A DNA stretch of 63,888 bases, filler included, from Octopus bimaculoides (GCF_001194135.2; 5 parts of 5 records of this genome joined end to end with filler, not necessarily neighbours in it), one strand, 5' to 3'. Numbered from the whole stretch's first letter, positions 12,326-25,574 are shown. Numbers and translations are program-made. The notes: generated by a model from the sequence alone, not told the origin.

Positions 12326-13554
12326 GGTATTTAAACTGTGTAAAGGAGTTTAACGCAGGTAAAGGAATAGATAAACCCATTATAAACAAATCGAAAATCA
12401 AACTTTGCATCTCACCCAACCAAAAGCATTCATGTTTTCACAAGACTCGTTAACTAAAAGTCGCATTTTAACATGAATCCTCAAACACGAACATATGGTG
12501 CGTATTGCTGACTGCCTATATGATATATACACATTCTATGCAATTATGAATGCTGCGAATATTTGGAATCAGACTGTTACATCGGATGTACATGTACAAT
12601 AGATATTTCTTTGTTTCACTTTGCATTAAAAAAATGAAAACATTAAGTAATAAGAGTGAAATAACACAAACAAGAAAGCTTATTTAAAAGGAAATAATTC
12701 AGTTTTGTATGCTCACGTTGGATGTAGAAGTATAACAAGCAGATGACAAAGAAAAATTCTCAGTACAGATTCTATAAAGTGAAGCATAAAATCTATCAGG
12801 ATTTCTTTATTGAATAATTGTAAATCTGCATTAAAGATTATCTATGATCGATTGCAAATATTGATGTCAAGATGGCAATGAAACAGTAAATGTCTTAAGT
12901 ATGATATTCATCAAATCGAAATACACACACACACATGTGTGTGTGCATATATATATATATATATATATNNNNNNNNNNNNNNNNNNNNNNNNNNNNNNNN
13001 NNNNNNNNNNNNNNNNNNNNNNNNNNNNNNNNNNNNNNNNNNNNNNNNNNNNNNNNNNNNNNNNNNNNNNNNNNNNNNNNNNNNNNNNNNNNNNNNNNNN
13101 NNNNNNNNNNNNNNNNNNNNNNNNNNNNNNNNNNNNNNNNNNNNNNNNNNNNNNNNNNNNNNNNNNNNNNNNNNNNNNNNNNNNNNNNNNNNNNNNNNNN
13201 NNNNNNNNNNNNNNNNNNNNNNNNNNNNNNNNNNNNNNNNNNNNNNNNNNNNNNNNNNNNNNNNNNNNNNNNNNNNNNNNNNNNNNNNNNNNNNNNNNNN
13301 NNNNNNNNNNNNNNNNNNNNNNNNNNNNNNNNNNNNNNNNNNNNNNNNNNNNNNNNNNNNNNNNNNNNNNNNNNNNNNNNNNNNNNNNNNNNNNNNNNNN
13401 NNNNNNNNNNNNNNNNNNNNNNNNNNNNNNNNNNNNNNNNNNNNNNNNNNNNNNNNNNNNNNNNNNNNNNNNNNNNNNNNNNNNNNNNNNNNNNNNNNNN
13501 NNNNNNNNNNNNNNNNNNNNNNNNNNNNNNNNNNNNNNNNNNNNNNNNNNNNNN

Positions 13555-13595
<41 letters not shown>

Positions 13596-15694
13596 TCATA
13601 AATGCTTACATACTTATATATATATATAAATATATGTATATATATATATATATATATGCATTCATACATACGCACGTACATATAACACATAAATAGAATA
13701 GGTGTTAGTGATCTCAGTTTAAATTTCGGTTATAGGAACTTCGAAGTAACGATTTGTGAAATATTCAGTTTCCGTGGAACGCAACATATTCTACATCTGA
13801 TAATCACCTGCCGTCTTCATTTTTAGTTTGCCTTTATGCGTTCACGCATCAGCCACACATATATGTATACAAACATGTACTTAAAACACATCTATATACA
13901 TATATATATATATATATATATGTATAAATATATATATAAAGTTTGTATACACATACACACACACGTTTTTATATAATGTATGGGTATATACATATATATA
14001 AATATATGTGTATCTCACATATTACCCGTGCACATATGCATTAGAATATGAAAAGAAACACTCAAATATACGTATGAGTAAATTGATTAAACAATAAATA
14101 TAAATTTCATGTGTTTACAACTCGATTAAATCAATTTTAATGGCAATTGAATTCTTTTATAATATAATTGTTTTATCATATTTTACAGTTGATATTTTTT
14201 ATATTCTTCAAATTCTTTATATTAATTTTGTTACTATAACTATTATTGTTATTATTGTTGCTATTGTTGTTGTAATTATAATTATATTCTTATTATTTGG
14301 CGTTCTTTTTATGAACAAAAATTATTTGTTTTCTAGTACAATAGATACATCGTCGCTATTATTTTGTTCCTCTTGTTGTTGTGGTTGTTCTGTTTTTTTT
14401 TTTTAATTATCCGTGCATTCCTATCACTCTTATTTAAGTTGAATAACATTTCATTGTGGCACAGGCATCAAATGTACTCGGTGACCCGGAATAATAACAC
14501 AAGGAATACCAAAAACTTCTTAAAGACATCTTTACAATAAACAAAAAGAAATATATACCAATACGCTAACAATACACAAAAAAAATGCATGAAAAGTAAA
14601 GTAAATAAACGCATACGTATGCATAGATAAACTCGTATTTGCATACATGCATGCATGTCAATCCAGGGATGTATTCATACATGTGTATGTGTGTGCGCTT
14701 GCATGCACAAAGGAAGAAATAATATTAATGTTCATGTTTATTCATAAGATCCAAATCAAAGCTGAAAAATAACTCATATACTTCCAGATGTACATCTCTG
14801 TATCTCCCTCTATTTTGTTCTAGTTATATTTTTCTATCTCTCTCACTCTCTCTCTCTCTCCCACACATCCTCTCCCCCACTTTTCTCTATGTCTCTGTCT
14901 CTGCCTCTCACGCTCTCTCTCTCTAACTGTATTTCGATTACTGGTAGTTTCCATTATACAGAATTCAGAACCTGACTGAAATTATTTCAATTTTGCAGCT
15001 AATAATTTTGAACCAATACGTTTCTTTTTTTTTTTCTAGAGATTATTTAGCACTGTGTTAATCCATTTGAGAATTTCATCTCACCTCTTAGTTTTTCTTT
15101 TGTTCATAAATGCTATGTTCTCCAAACCCATTGAGACACAGGTGCCATTTTCGGGTAGCAGACTTGATGAAGTATTCATCTTCAACACCTACTCGCTGTG
15201 TAAATTCAGAAGCCATTACTCTTTTGCAGACGGGGTTATTACGTTAAGAAGTTCGATCTCAAAGAAGTTATACTGTCTTAGTCTCTATTCTACCCCCCCC
15301 CCCCNNNNNNNNNNNNNNNNNNNNNNNNNNNNNNNNNNNNNNNNNNNNNNNNNNNNNNNNNNNNNNNNNNNNNNNNNNNNNNNNNNNNNNNNNNNNNNNN
15401 NNNNNNNNNNNNNNNNNNNNNNNNNNNNNNNNNNNNNNNNNNNNNNNNNNNNNNNNNNNNNNNNNNNNNNNNNNNNNNNNNNNNNNNNNNNNNNNNNNNN
15501 NNNNNNNNNNNNNNNNNNNNNNNNNNNNNNNNNNNNNNNNNNNNNNNNNNNNNNNNNNNNNNNNNNNNNNNNNNNNNNNNNNNNNNNNNNNNNNNNNNNN
15601 NNNNNNNNNNNNNNNNNNNNNNNNNNNNNNNNNNNNNNNNNNNNNNNNNNNNNNNNNNNNNNNNNNNNNNNNNNNNNNNNNNNNNNNNNNNNNN

Positions 15695-15750
<56 letters not shown>

Positions 15751-16149
15751 TACACGCACAACTCGATACCCTCGTGTAAGTTTCAGAAACTTTGCGATTC
15801 CGCGAGAGAGATGAATTACCACGCTGGACAATATATTCGATTAAACTCATGGAGGGCTTGCCAAAGCATGACCGTATACAATGACTGAAAAAAGTCAAGG
15901 ATAAAAGATAGAGAAATAGCCTCTAATATTTAGAAAAAAAATCCAAGAAATTTCGTTTCTCTCCTGTAATAGAATCAACCACATTAATTGATTGCATGAA
16001 TGTGACACTTGTGGGTAGTGAGAGTCACGGATGTCCTCTTTACAACAAATACGTTCCTTGATTTCACGTTTCCTGTCTAAGGAATTTTAATAGACCTATT
16101 ATGAAGTATTATTTAGAACTACATTTACAGTCGAGTGACATCTTAAACA

Positions 16150-16189
<40 letters not shown>

Positions 16190-16374
16190 NNNNNNNNNNN
16201 NNNNNNNNNNNNNNNNNNNNNNNNNNNNNNNNNNNNNNNNNNNNNNNNNNNNNNNNTGTCCTCTTTACAACAAATACGTTCCTTGATTTCACGTTTCCTG
16301 TCTAAGGAATTTTAATAGACCTATTATGAAGTATTATTTAGAACTACATTTACAGTCGAGTGACATCTTAAACA

Positions 16375-16412
<38 letters not shown>

Positions 16413-17234
16413 TGTGCGTGCGTGCGTGCGCATTTGGTGCTTGTGGAAATCATAATAAAAAAAATCAAAACATGAGTTAAAGTACGTTTGTTTGTTTTAT
16501 TTATCGGTAAAACAGTTTCCGAAGTGGATCAAGTGTCGGTTGTTTCTTACTCGTGGCACATGTCAAATGGAAGTCAATGTGATATGCAGCATATGCACGA
16601 AACATACGGCTACTGTAAAAAAAAAATATATAGCTCATCGGAATTGTTGTATTGGCTATCCTTTGCGTAATTATTCATCAAACACACATCAGCTTGTTTC
16701 CTTGTCAATGGCTGTAGTATTTCGAAGACGCGGTCATGAAAAAACTGATCGTAAATCCAGTTAAGTCTCAATGATATTAGCGGGGGAGTTAATCTGTCAT
16801 ACATCTGAACATAAGCCCTCACTTACCCGAAAACAATTGATTCTTGGTTTCAAATAATAGATTCCATACAGTTCTATATGTTCACTTCTTCCAGCATTAA
16901 TTCAATTATTACGCATGAGGTATAAGTTCCGTTTCTTATGTGAGATATTTAATTGCTATTCTGACTACGTGAACGAAGTGTACGTGAGACTGATGATTTG
17001 GAAAAATATTCTTTCCGATGCTAAATTTTAACAATTGGTGCTATAAACATTTGAGAGTATAAAATGTAAATATGTTTTTTACATAGCTTCATCTTACGTT
17101 CACATTTTTTGAAAAATAAAATATTTTATCATATCCTGGTTAATATTTCGATTGATATGAAAGCAGACGTGATCTGTTCCTTGATCTTAATCGTATCACT
17201 AAGCTTTACAAATATACAAGTGCATACCCACACA

Positions 17235-17272
<38 letters not shown>

Positions 17273-17490
17273 CTCAGACACACATATATACATACATATA
17301 TACATATGTAAGATATACATAAAACACACATATATGTATGAGTATTCATATGTTCATAAGCAAGTATGTATGTAAAAATATATCTATGTACACATATATG
17401 TAAATGTAGATATATATTTATAGGTGCGTATAAAAACACGTACTTAACACAGATTGATACAGAGATGGAAAAGTAAATGAATAGATAGAC

Positions 17491-17521
<31 letters not shown>

Positions 17522-18220
17522 AAAAGAGAGATATAAAGTGACAAACATTGCACCAGATTCAGAATGTCACAGAACGCACATTTCGAACTTGCAATTCTGT
17601 CATGCGCCTCACACAAGCACGTAGCCTAAACAAGCAGATTCTGTATAATATAACACGACTGAAGTAAAATGCACCCAAAACAATCATCTTCCAGTTAAAT
17701 AAATCGACTTACAATGCACATATTCCACACAATTATCTGCCAATCCTAAAAGAATGTTCGCCAGAGAAGGAAAAAACGAAGAAAAGAAGGCCAGCACTAA
17801 AATACAATAGCAAGAACAAAACGCGATGACATTATAGAAAATTAGATGTTACACTCTACAAAAACCTTCGCACTTCACTACAGGAAAATACAGAACACAC
17901 ACCCACTCAATAACCCACGAGAGTTCCTCCCCCACCTCTCTCGCTCTCTCTTTCTCCCCTCCTTTCTCTCTCTCTCTCTCTCTCTCATTCACTCAAAAAC
18001 ACATTCTCAAATATTCACACGTAGACGTTTGCACATGATCACGCACGCACATATACACAGACTCTCACGCAAGCACACGTTCCTGCACTCATAGAGGCAA
18101 ACATACAAACACACACAGAGGTAATGTGCATATTCACACCAGAATTACAAAGTTGCACCTGCTGGTGTAGTAAAAGAAATAAATATCGAAGATGAAGCTA
18201 TTGGAAAGACAGTAAAAGTG

Positions 18221-18251
<31 letters not shown>

Positions 18252-18884
18252 CGAAGAGAATGAGGATGTTGATGATGATGATGGTGATTAAATGTTAGAA
18301 AGGTGTGTGATATAAATAGACAGCTATTGCAATGTTATGACAGTAGGTCTAGAAATAATTAGAAACCAGCTAGGGAAACTGATTAGTGTAATAAGGGAAG
18401 AGAAGGAAAATAAATAGAAGAATAAAAAAAGAATAACGTGTATGTTTCTTTTATTTTATTTTATTTATTTTTTATTTATTTTTTGGTTCATATAATGAAA
18501 CAATAAATTCCAAAAGCTGAAATAAAGTAAAAACGTTTGGGGAGAAAAAAAGATAAAGAACATATTGATAAAAATATAAAGATGAAATCCTACACGTACT
18601 GAAATATCTCTGCTTACCTAACAACTTGTATTAATCAAGTGTGTTGAATGGGTTCAGAATGAAATGTTGCAATGAGGCAAATATTCTAAATTGAATACAT
18701 AAATAGAATGTTTGATTACAGGTAGACAGGATCAATGATAAGTCAACTAGATATTACATGATTAAAATAATCCTGTAGCGGATCTTACACAGGATGTAAT
18801 CTAATCTGTACAATCCACATTGGTAAACAAGAAAATTACAAGAGAAACGACAGTTACAAACAAGAGGTAATAACTTACACGCAA

Positions 18885-19085
18885 AGACGGTGCGCTGACA
18901 GAATCGTGAGAACGATAGGCAAAAAGATAAGCGGTATTTCGTCTGTCTTCACGTTATGAGTTCATATTCAGCCGAGGTCGACTGCGCTTGTCATCATTTC
19001 GGGGCGATAAAATAAATACAAGTTGAGTACTGGGGTAGATGTAATCAGCCCCGAATTACTGGCTTTGCCACACAATTTGAAAGCA
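18885..19085 (+). mobile_element. SINE family A
   Basis: Aligns with 43587-43790. Confidence 0.8.
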
Positions 19086-19867
19086 ATAATATATACACAA
19101 GGATCTATTCCCTCAAATTTCAATACTGAGCACGGCGTGCAGTGGCTGCTTAACAGAATATACCCAGTGGAGGACAAAGCCTTTAGGTAATAACTTCTCT
19201 ATGGGGCCAAGTGACAACACAGGTGAAATTTGGGGTCAATTCTCTCGGTTGCTGTCCAGTTACGTTTCCCTGTTTCTCTGACTAATTTCTCACCAGAAGA
19301 TACACACTGTCACTTGTCTTTACACAATAATGGCGGTCGGGGTAAGTTGCAGGTGAATGAACATTTGGGAATGCAGTAACATCTAATCTAGCGCAGTAAA
19401 AAAAAGTTAACAATTAACAGAATGTCGGCGACGTAGTTGGTATTAGATCTGCTTATGATCTGAAAGCAGGATATACCATTTTCGTATGTGAACTCATTAA
19501 CAGACATATTATCTCGAAAAATATTAAATGTAAAGTACTTTGTTTTCTAATACGCATTCATATTTTGGCACTAGGTCAGCAATTTCGGGGCCAGCAAAGT
19601 CGATGAAACACGATGGCAAAACGTCTATAGTGAAATACAAATATATTTCTTCGTACAGCTATTTCTCAATATGAATCACATGAACAGGCTGGTAGTAAAG
19701 TCTGAAAAGTTAGCACATTGGAAAATCATTCATTTTTCTAAAAGTACTATCGTTTTGTCATTGAAATAGCGTAAATGATCTTAGATTGTTAGATTGTTTA
19801 TTTTGTCTCCTCTATAACACAATAGAACTTGAAAAATCTTCACGTATACAGCATTACAAAAGGCACC

Positions 19868-19908
<41 letters not shown>

Positions 19909-20160
19909 GTGTGTATGTATATATATATATACATATATATGTATGTACATACACACACACACACATATATATATATACATATATGTATATATATTGTGTA
20001 TATANNNNNNNNNNNNNNNNNNNNNNNNNNNNNNNNNNNNNNNNNNNNTTAATTAATTAANNNNNNNNNNNNNNNNNNNNNNNNNNNNNNNNNNNNNNNN
20101 NNNNATATATATATATATATATATAAACGAAGGAAGAGAGAACGAATTTCAAAGGACCTA

Positions 20161-20260
20161 TAGATTAACTCTGATGAGAGAAATATAAATGATTATTATG
20201 TTTGGAATTAACTCGCCCATACCAACAAATATCTTCTCGAAACGGCTGTCAGATTTTCTA
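20161..20260 (+). ncRNA. Type I hammerhead ribozyme motif with extended stem II
   Basis: CUGAUGA at 20171-20177. Stem II is GAGAAAUAU/AUAU(C)UUCUC, 9 bp with one bulge. GAAA at 20239-20242, short stem III, GUC triplet at 20248-20250, interrupted stem I (UAGA..AACU / AG(A)UU..UCUA). Confidence 0.65.
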
Positions 20261-20617
20261 CCTGCTCAAGATTCCTTTTAAAATCATTTTAAACCAACTT
20301 TCTCATCTGTTTGGATTACCGCTATGCATTTACCATCCGCATATTTTAATATTTTCATTGATTTTAATACGGGCATACAACCTCGCAAGTACATTTATGT
20401 ATTTTTATATATTTATAATTTTTTTACATTATATCTTATGTATATGAATGCACCTATGTATCCTGTGGAGCATTCCGATGCCTTGAAATATATTGAGTGA
20501 ATATGTACACTAAACTTTGAAATTTGTTCTCTCTTTCATCGTTTTATATTCCTGATGCTCTATTAGAGCGCTAATTAGTTGTGCTGTATAAGGGGATGAT
20601 TATCCCATTTATTTCTT

Positions 20618-20652
<35 letters not shown>

Positions 20653-20656
20653 TATA

Positions 20657-20838
20657 ACCGGAGGACCAGTTAATAATTAGTTCTGATTTTATTCAACATA
20701 TTCCCCTCTCAGATTTACACACTTATTGCAGCAGACTTTCAGTTTCTTTAAGTCCTGTAAAAGATCTCAAAAGTTTGGGCTTTCAGTTGGACCTTTCGCG
20801 ATACTCTTAAAAGCAGGAACTTTGAAGAACCCCTCGTG
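20657..20838 (-). mobile_element. Mariner-derived MITE, second family (one end lost in a TA repeat)
   Basis: Ends in GGAACTTTGAAGAACCCCTCGT, a TIR of the ACGAGGGG..AAAGTTCC type. Reverse-complement homologous to 56612-56772. Confidence 0.7.
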
Positions 20839-21104
20839 TGTATATTAAACTATATAAGAGCAAACCTGAATTCTTATTCATGTTTTAAACCTTTTCCCTA
20901 TGGATGTGGTTCTTACATAATTATCATTTGAATGGAGATTATTGAAAAAGCTGTAGGGATGAATATATATACCACTAATATTGTTTCCTGTTCTTTCAAA
21001 TGTATTTTAATCTGTTCAGGTTGATAACTTATTTTACTATATATGCAGTAATGTGTGTGTCTGTCCACCATTCGCAATGATAGATCGCTGGCCACTACAC
21101 ATTC

Positions 21105-21247
21105 TTTATTTTCTCTCCTTGTTTCTTTCTGTGTTCCTTTCTGTGGAAGAGCGTATGCTCGAAACGTTAAAGACTTTTTCACTTCCCGAGCGTTAAACTA
21201 CTACATCCGTTTGTTGTCTTCGTCTTTTATTTTTTTGTGAATTCTCT
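21105..21247 (+). mobile_element. Penelope pseudo-LTR-like repeat with minimal hammerhead-like motif (copy 2, runs into a gap)
   Basis: Aligns with 2085-2248. Motif is CTTT-CTGTGGA-A-GAGC GTAT GCTC-GAAA-CGTT/AAAG. Confidence 0.6.
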
Positions 21248-21695
21248 NNNNNNNNNNNNNNNNNNNNNNNNNNNNNNNNNNNNNNNNNNNNNNNNNNNNN
21301 NNNNNNNNNNNNNNNNNNNNNNNNNNNNNNNNNNNNNNNNNNNNNNNNNNNNNNNNNNNNNNNNNNNNNNNNNNNNNNNNNNNNNNNNNNNNNNNNNNNN
21401 NNNNNNNNNNNNNNNNNNNNNNNNNNNNNNNNNNNNNNNNNNNNNNNNNNNNNNNNNNNNNNNNNNNNNNNNNNNNNNNNNNNNNNNNNNNNNNNNNNNN
21501 NNNNNNNNNNNNNNNNNNNNNNNNNNNNNNNNNNNNNNNNNNNNNNNNNNNNNNNNNNNNNNNNNNNNNNNNNNNNNNNNNNNNNNNNNNNNNNNNNNNN
21601 NNNNNNNNNNNNNNNNNNNNNNNNNNNNNNTTATCGACACACTACTGTGTCCTGTTTGCCAAGGGAAGTTATCCCTCCCATCATGATCTATAGCA

Positions 21696-21740
21696 CGAAC
21701 GGACCCGGGTTTCAGGGTTATTTCCCTTCGTCAGCGTCCG
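21696..21740 (-). ncRNA. Type I hammerhead ribozyme motif (canonical core, palindromic stem III)
   Basis: Minus strand reads CGGACG-CUGACGA-AGGG AAAUAA CCCU-GAAA-CCCGG-GUC/CGUUCG. Stem I is 6 bp, stem II 4 bp, all core nucleotides are canonical, and the cleavage triplet is GUC. Confidence 0.85.
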
Positions 21741-24700
21741 ATAGCCACTGATCTTTGATGAGAGAGATAAAATCTTGGCAATCTTATATCTACTTTTCCA
21801 GTGAAATTCTTCACTGATATCGAAAAGGTGAAAACAAGCAATGTTAATTCTCTAAATGAAGTATTAACAGTAACTGCACGATAAAGTGTAGTATATTGCC
21901 ACTTAAGTGTGGCTGACCCCTAGGGGTGGATGTTACTGTTGCTTTTAGCCCCAGGAGGACATATGCCGTCACTCTCTCCTAGCTCCATACAAAAATACTG
22001 ACATAAATATATGCCTATATATACATGCATGTAAATACATGTGCGTGTGTATGTGTGTGTGTGTGTGTGTGTGTGTTCGTGTAACCGCGAATTTATTTAT
22101 GCTTACGTTTGTATGTATATATGCATACCTTTCACAATCAAGCGTTAACTGTTAATCAATTTTTCGTTTAATTAATCGATTCATTTTCAATTACTGCTTC
22201 GTAAAATTTCTATCGGTTTAATTTAATTTGCAATAAGCAACGATTGCTCTATTTTAGTAGTGGTAATAAGTATGTTATGATTAATTAGTTTTTGTAGTGT
22301 TATTTTTTAATATTTGATGAATATTCTGAGATATTCATCGTTTATGTAAATGTAGTTTGATTAATTATTACACAAACCATTTCTATGCTTAGAGAATGAT
22401 ATATCTATATGATATGTGAATATATATGTATGCTTGTGTTTGAGTGTGAGTCTATCTTCAAAATATGTGCAGCATTAGTAAAGCCTCAGTGGTCCTAATC
22501 CGTGATTTCGTTACGATTTCTCCTCTGGATCCAGTTTACGAATCTCATTCTATCTGAAAATAAATGAACTCCATTGGCCTGATTTATCATGAAGGCACAT
22601 TATGAAAAAAAAAATGATAAAGATGCAAGCAATATAAAACGCAAAAGATAACGCAACTTGATTTATCATTAAAATATTATGTGAATTGAAGAGGTACTCT
22701 GGAGCTTCAACAATGATAACAACAATGACAATACAGTATTATTACATGCATGTATACATTGATATATGTGTTTATGCATATGTGCGAGCACGTTGTTCAA
22801 ATAGTATGGCGTTTAACTGACGAAAATATACATAAGGAATATCGGTTTCGAATTTTGATACAAGGCCAGTGGAGTGTGACACGTGGTCACTGGGGTAAGT
22901 CACAAGGTAAGTGGAGAAAGTCGATTACATCGACCCCAGTGCTCAACTCGTACTTATTTATCAAACTCAAAAGGAGGAAAGGCCAAGTCAACCTCGGTGG
23001 AATAAATAAATATCGATTTGCACTAAGTAACAAGATTGATTTTTTTTTAACACTTTAGTTTAGTTAGTGGAGGAGGTGTCTGTAGCTATGACCTTTGCGA
23101 GAACTCTTAATCAGGTGAGCTTGATGTAATTGATGCAGAAAAACATGTGAGCGGAAAGAGAACTGATTTGAAGATCAGGTCCAAAAGCTTACGAGTGAGT
23201 TATCTCTTCTAAAAGAACTTATGCTCGTATTAAACCCGAGCACGTATTCAAAGATGGCGTCGAATAAAGGTCGATTCCAGAGAAAATATTGATGCTTTAA
23301 TTTGGTGAATATATCATAAATGTCTCCAGCATTGCTCAGTGTGATATAAGTTTTAGACTGGTCAATTAAGCTCATACCAGATGTGTCTTTGTTTCCATTA
23401 ATATTATTCAGTTAAATTCAGCACCTGCTCAACCTTCTATTTCTATTTTTCAAGTAAAAGCTATTACTTAGACTTGCACAACAAGATTCTAACTACTTCT
23501 CCATAAATAGTTAAGCAAGACAACGTATATATTTCTTACACACACAGACACAAACACACACACGCACACATGCACACACACACACACTCACGCACACACC
23601 TATACATATTTATATATATATACAATAGTATAAATAACTGCACACATACATATAAATAAACATGACCATGCATATATATATATATGTGTGTGTGTGCGCG
23701 CGCGCGTTTACATATAAATATACATACATACATTAATGTGTGTGTGTTTGTGTATGTATATGTGTGCATGTATTCACACATTTACATACACGCACAGATG
23801 TAATATACATAAACATACACAAATATATACATATATAAAAGTGATTATCTCTGTCTTCCTCTGTGCGTAACAGACTGTATTTGTGTGTGGTATTGTATAT
23901 TTGTATATGTGCATGACGCACATTTCTAGATATCTCTGTATAAACGAGTAATTTGATTACAACCAACGCGGTGCTAACAGAATCAGCCGCAAAAACCTAC
24001 TTACAAAACAGCAACAAAGTGGTTCTGTACAAGACATCATCTGGTTGGTCTGATAATATCTAGATCCGGTAAACTTTTGCCTAACCTTGATCGTACAATT
24101 AATTGTCTATAGTATTCGTAAACTTTCATACAATATTATATAAATAAATGTTTGAGTAGCCTTTTAAAATACACTTCAATTCTATCTAGTAGAAATAACA
24201 TACTTGTGCATCCTTATAAAACTTTCCAAAGTGGATACTGGTATATTTGTGAGATCTTCAAATTTCTCATAGTACTCAGTATATACAGGACACTATATTT
24301 GATCGAAGATGATGAGGCACTCTCGTTATAACTGCGAATTTCTCATTTTTTAACGTTCGTTCAACATAAAATTCGGAGTAGACGGCCTGTCAGAAATGGT
24401 AAAATTATATCCAACAACCTTAGAACATATGGCATGTTAGATGATGAGGTATTGAGTTCAGTATGTCTAGAAAAACATGCATAGCCACGTCTGGAATACT
24501 TTATATTCCAATCAACAAAAAACATCTAATTAGAATAAAGCTTCTAAAAATGCGTGTTCGTATGTGTGTACATGAGTGTGTGCGTGTATGTGTATGTGAG
24601 TTTGTGTTATATTTGAGTGTGTACTGGAACACGCGAAAACAAAACTAATTATTTTATTCCTTTACGTACGTTTCAATGGTGTAACTTCTTCAGTTTCGCT

Positions 24701-24953
24701 TCATCAAAAGGTAAACATATAACTCAAGACGTTCTACTATGGAAACGTACATAAACGGGTGAATTATATTAATTTATTGTTTTTCCATTGATATTCAATT
24801 GCTATGTTTTCTATAGCTATTACCCTTGTATCCTATAATTATATACATAGTAGTACAAATATATTTTCTAGTTGTATGTAGATGGTTATATGATGCGTCT
24901 TACAGATGCAAAATAATAACAAATACTATATATATACATTTCATATATACATA

Positions 24954-25003
<50 letters not shown>

Positions 25004-25574
25004 NNNNNNNNNNNNNNNNNNNNNNNNNNNNNNNNNNNNNNNNNNNNNNNNNNNNNNNNNNNNNNNNNNNNNNNNNNNNNNNNNNNNNNNNNNNNNNNNN
25101 NNNNNNNNNNNNNNNNNNNNNNNNNNNNNNNNNNNNNNNNNNNNNNNNNNNNNNNNNNNNNNNNNNNNNNNNNNNNNNNNNNNNNNNNNNNNNNNNNNNN
25201 NNNNNNNNNNNNNNNNNNNNNNNNNNNNNNNNNNNNNNNNNNNNNNNNATATCATATACTATGTATACATATATATGTGTATGTACATACACTGCCTTTA
25301 TACATACCTACATTAATGTCTATATGCATGTGTGTGTGTGTGTGCGTGTGTGTGTGTGTGTGCGTGTGTGTGTGCAAAGTAGGGTTGGATATTTAAGAAA
25401 TTCGCTTCGTAATCATGCGGTCCAGATGTAGCTTCCGCTGCGCGCCATCTTTGATGCGTTTTTTGTAAGTCAAATTGTTTATTTCATATACATTTTAATA
25501 CATATTTTCTGAACAACATGCACCCCCTTTATACACACACACACACACACACATAGCATTTTACAATACATATA

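Noticed and set aside
15040-15140. Hydrophobic stretch LLVFLLFINAMFSKP that looks like a signal peptide, after a TTTCTAG acceptor
   Set aside because: No upstream in-frame ATG, a weak donor, and T-rich DNA yields such peptides by chance.
16031-16410. Exact ~150-bp direct duplication either side of a small gap
   Set aside because: Identical sequence ending in a (GT)n on both sides of Ns is the typical signature of unmerged overlapping contig ends.
20049-20060. TTAATTAATTAA islands inside N runs (also 31183-31194, 40261-40272, 57792-57803)
   Set aside because: An identical six-frame-stop linker centred in similar-sized N blocks is an artificial assembly spacer, not biology. It does mark joins of unknown size.
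24486-24497. HVWN, resembling the transglutaminase catalytic His motif
   Set aside because: It lies upstream of the core exon, lacks the NF prefix and downstream conservation, and has no splice acceptor.
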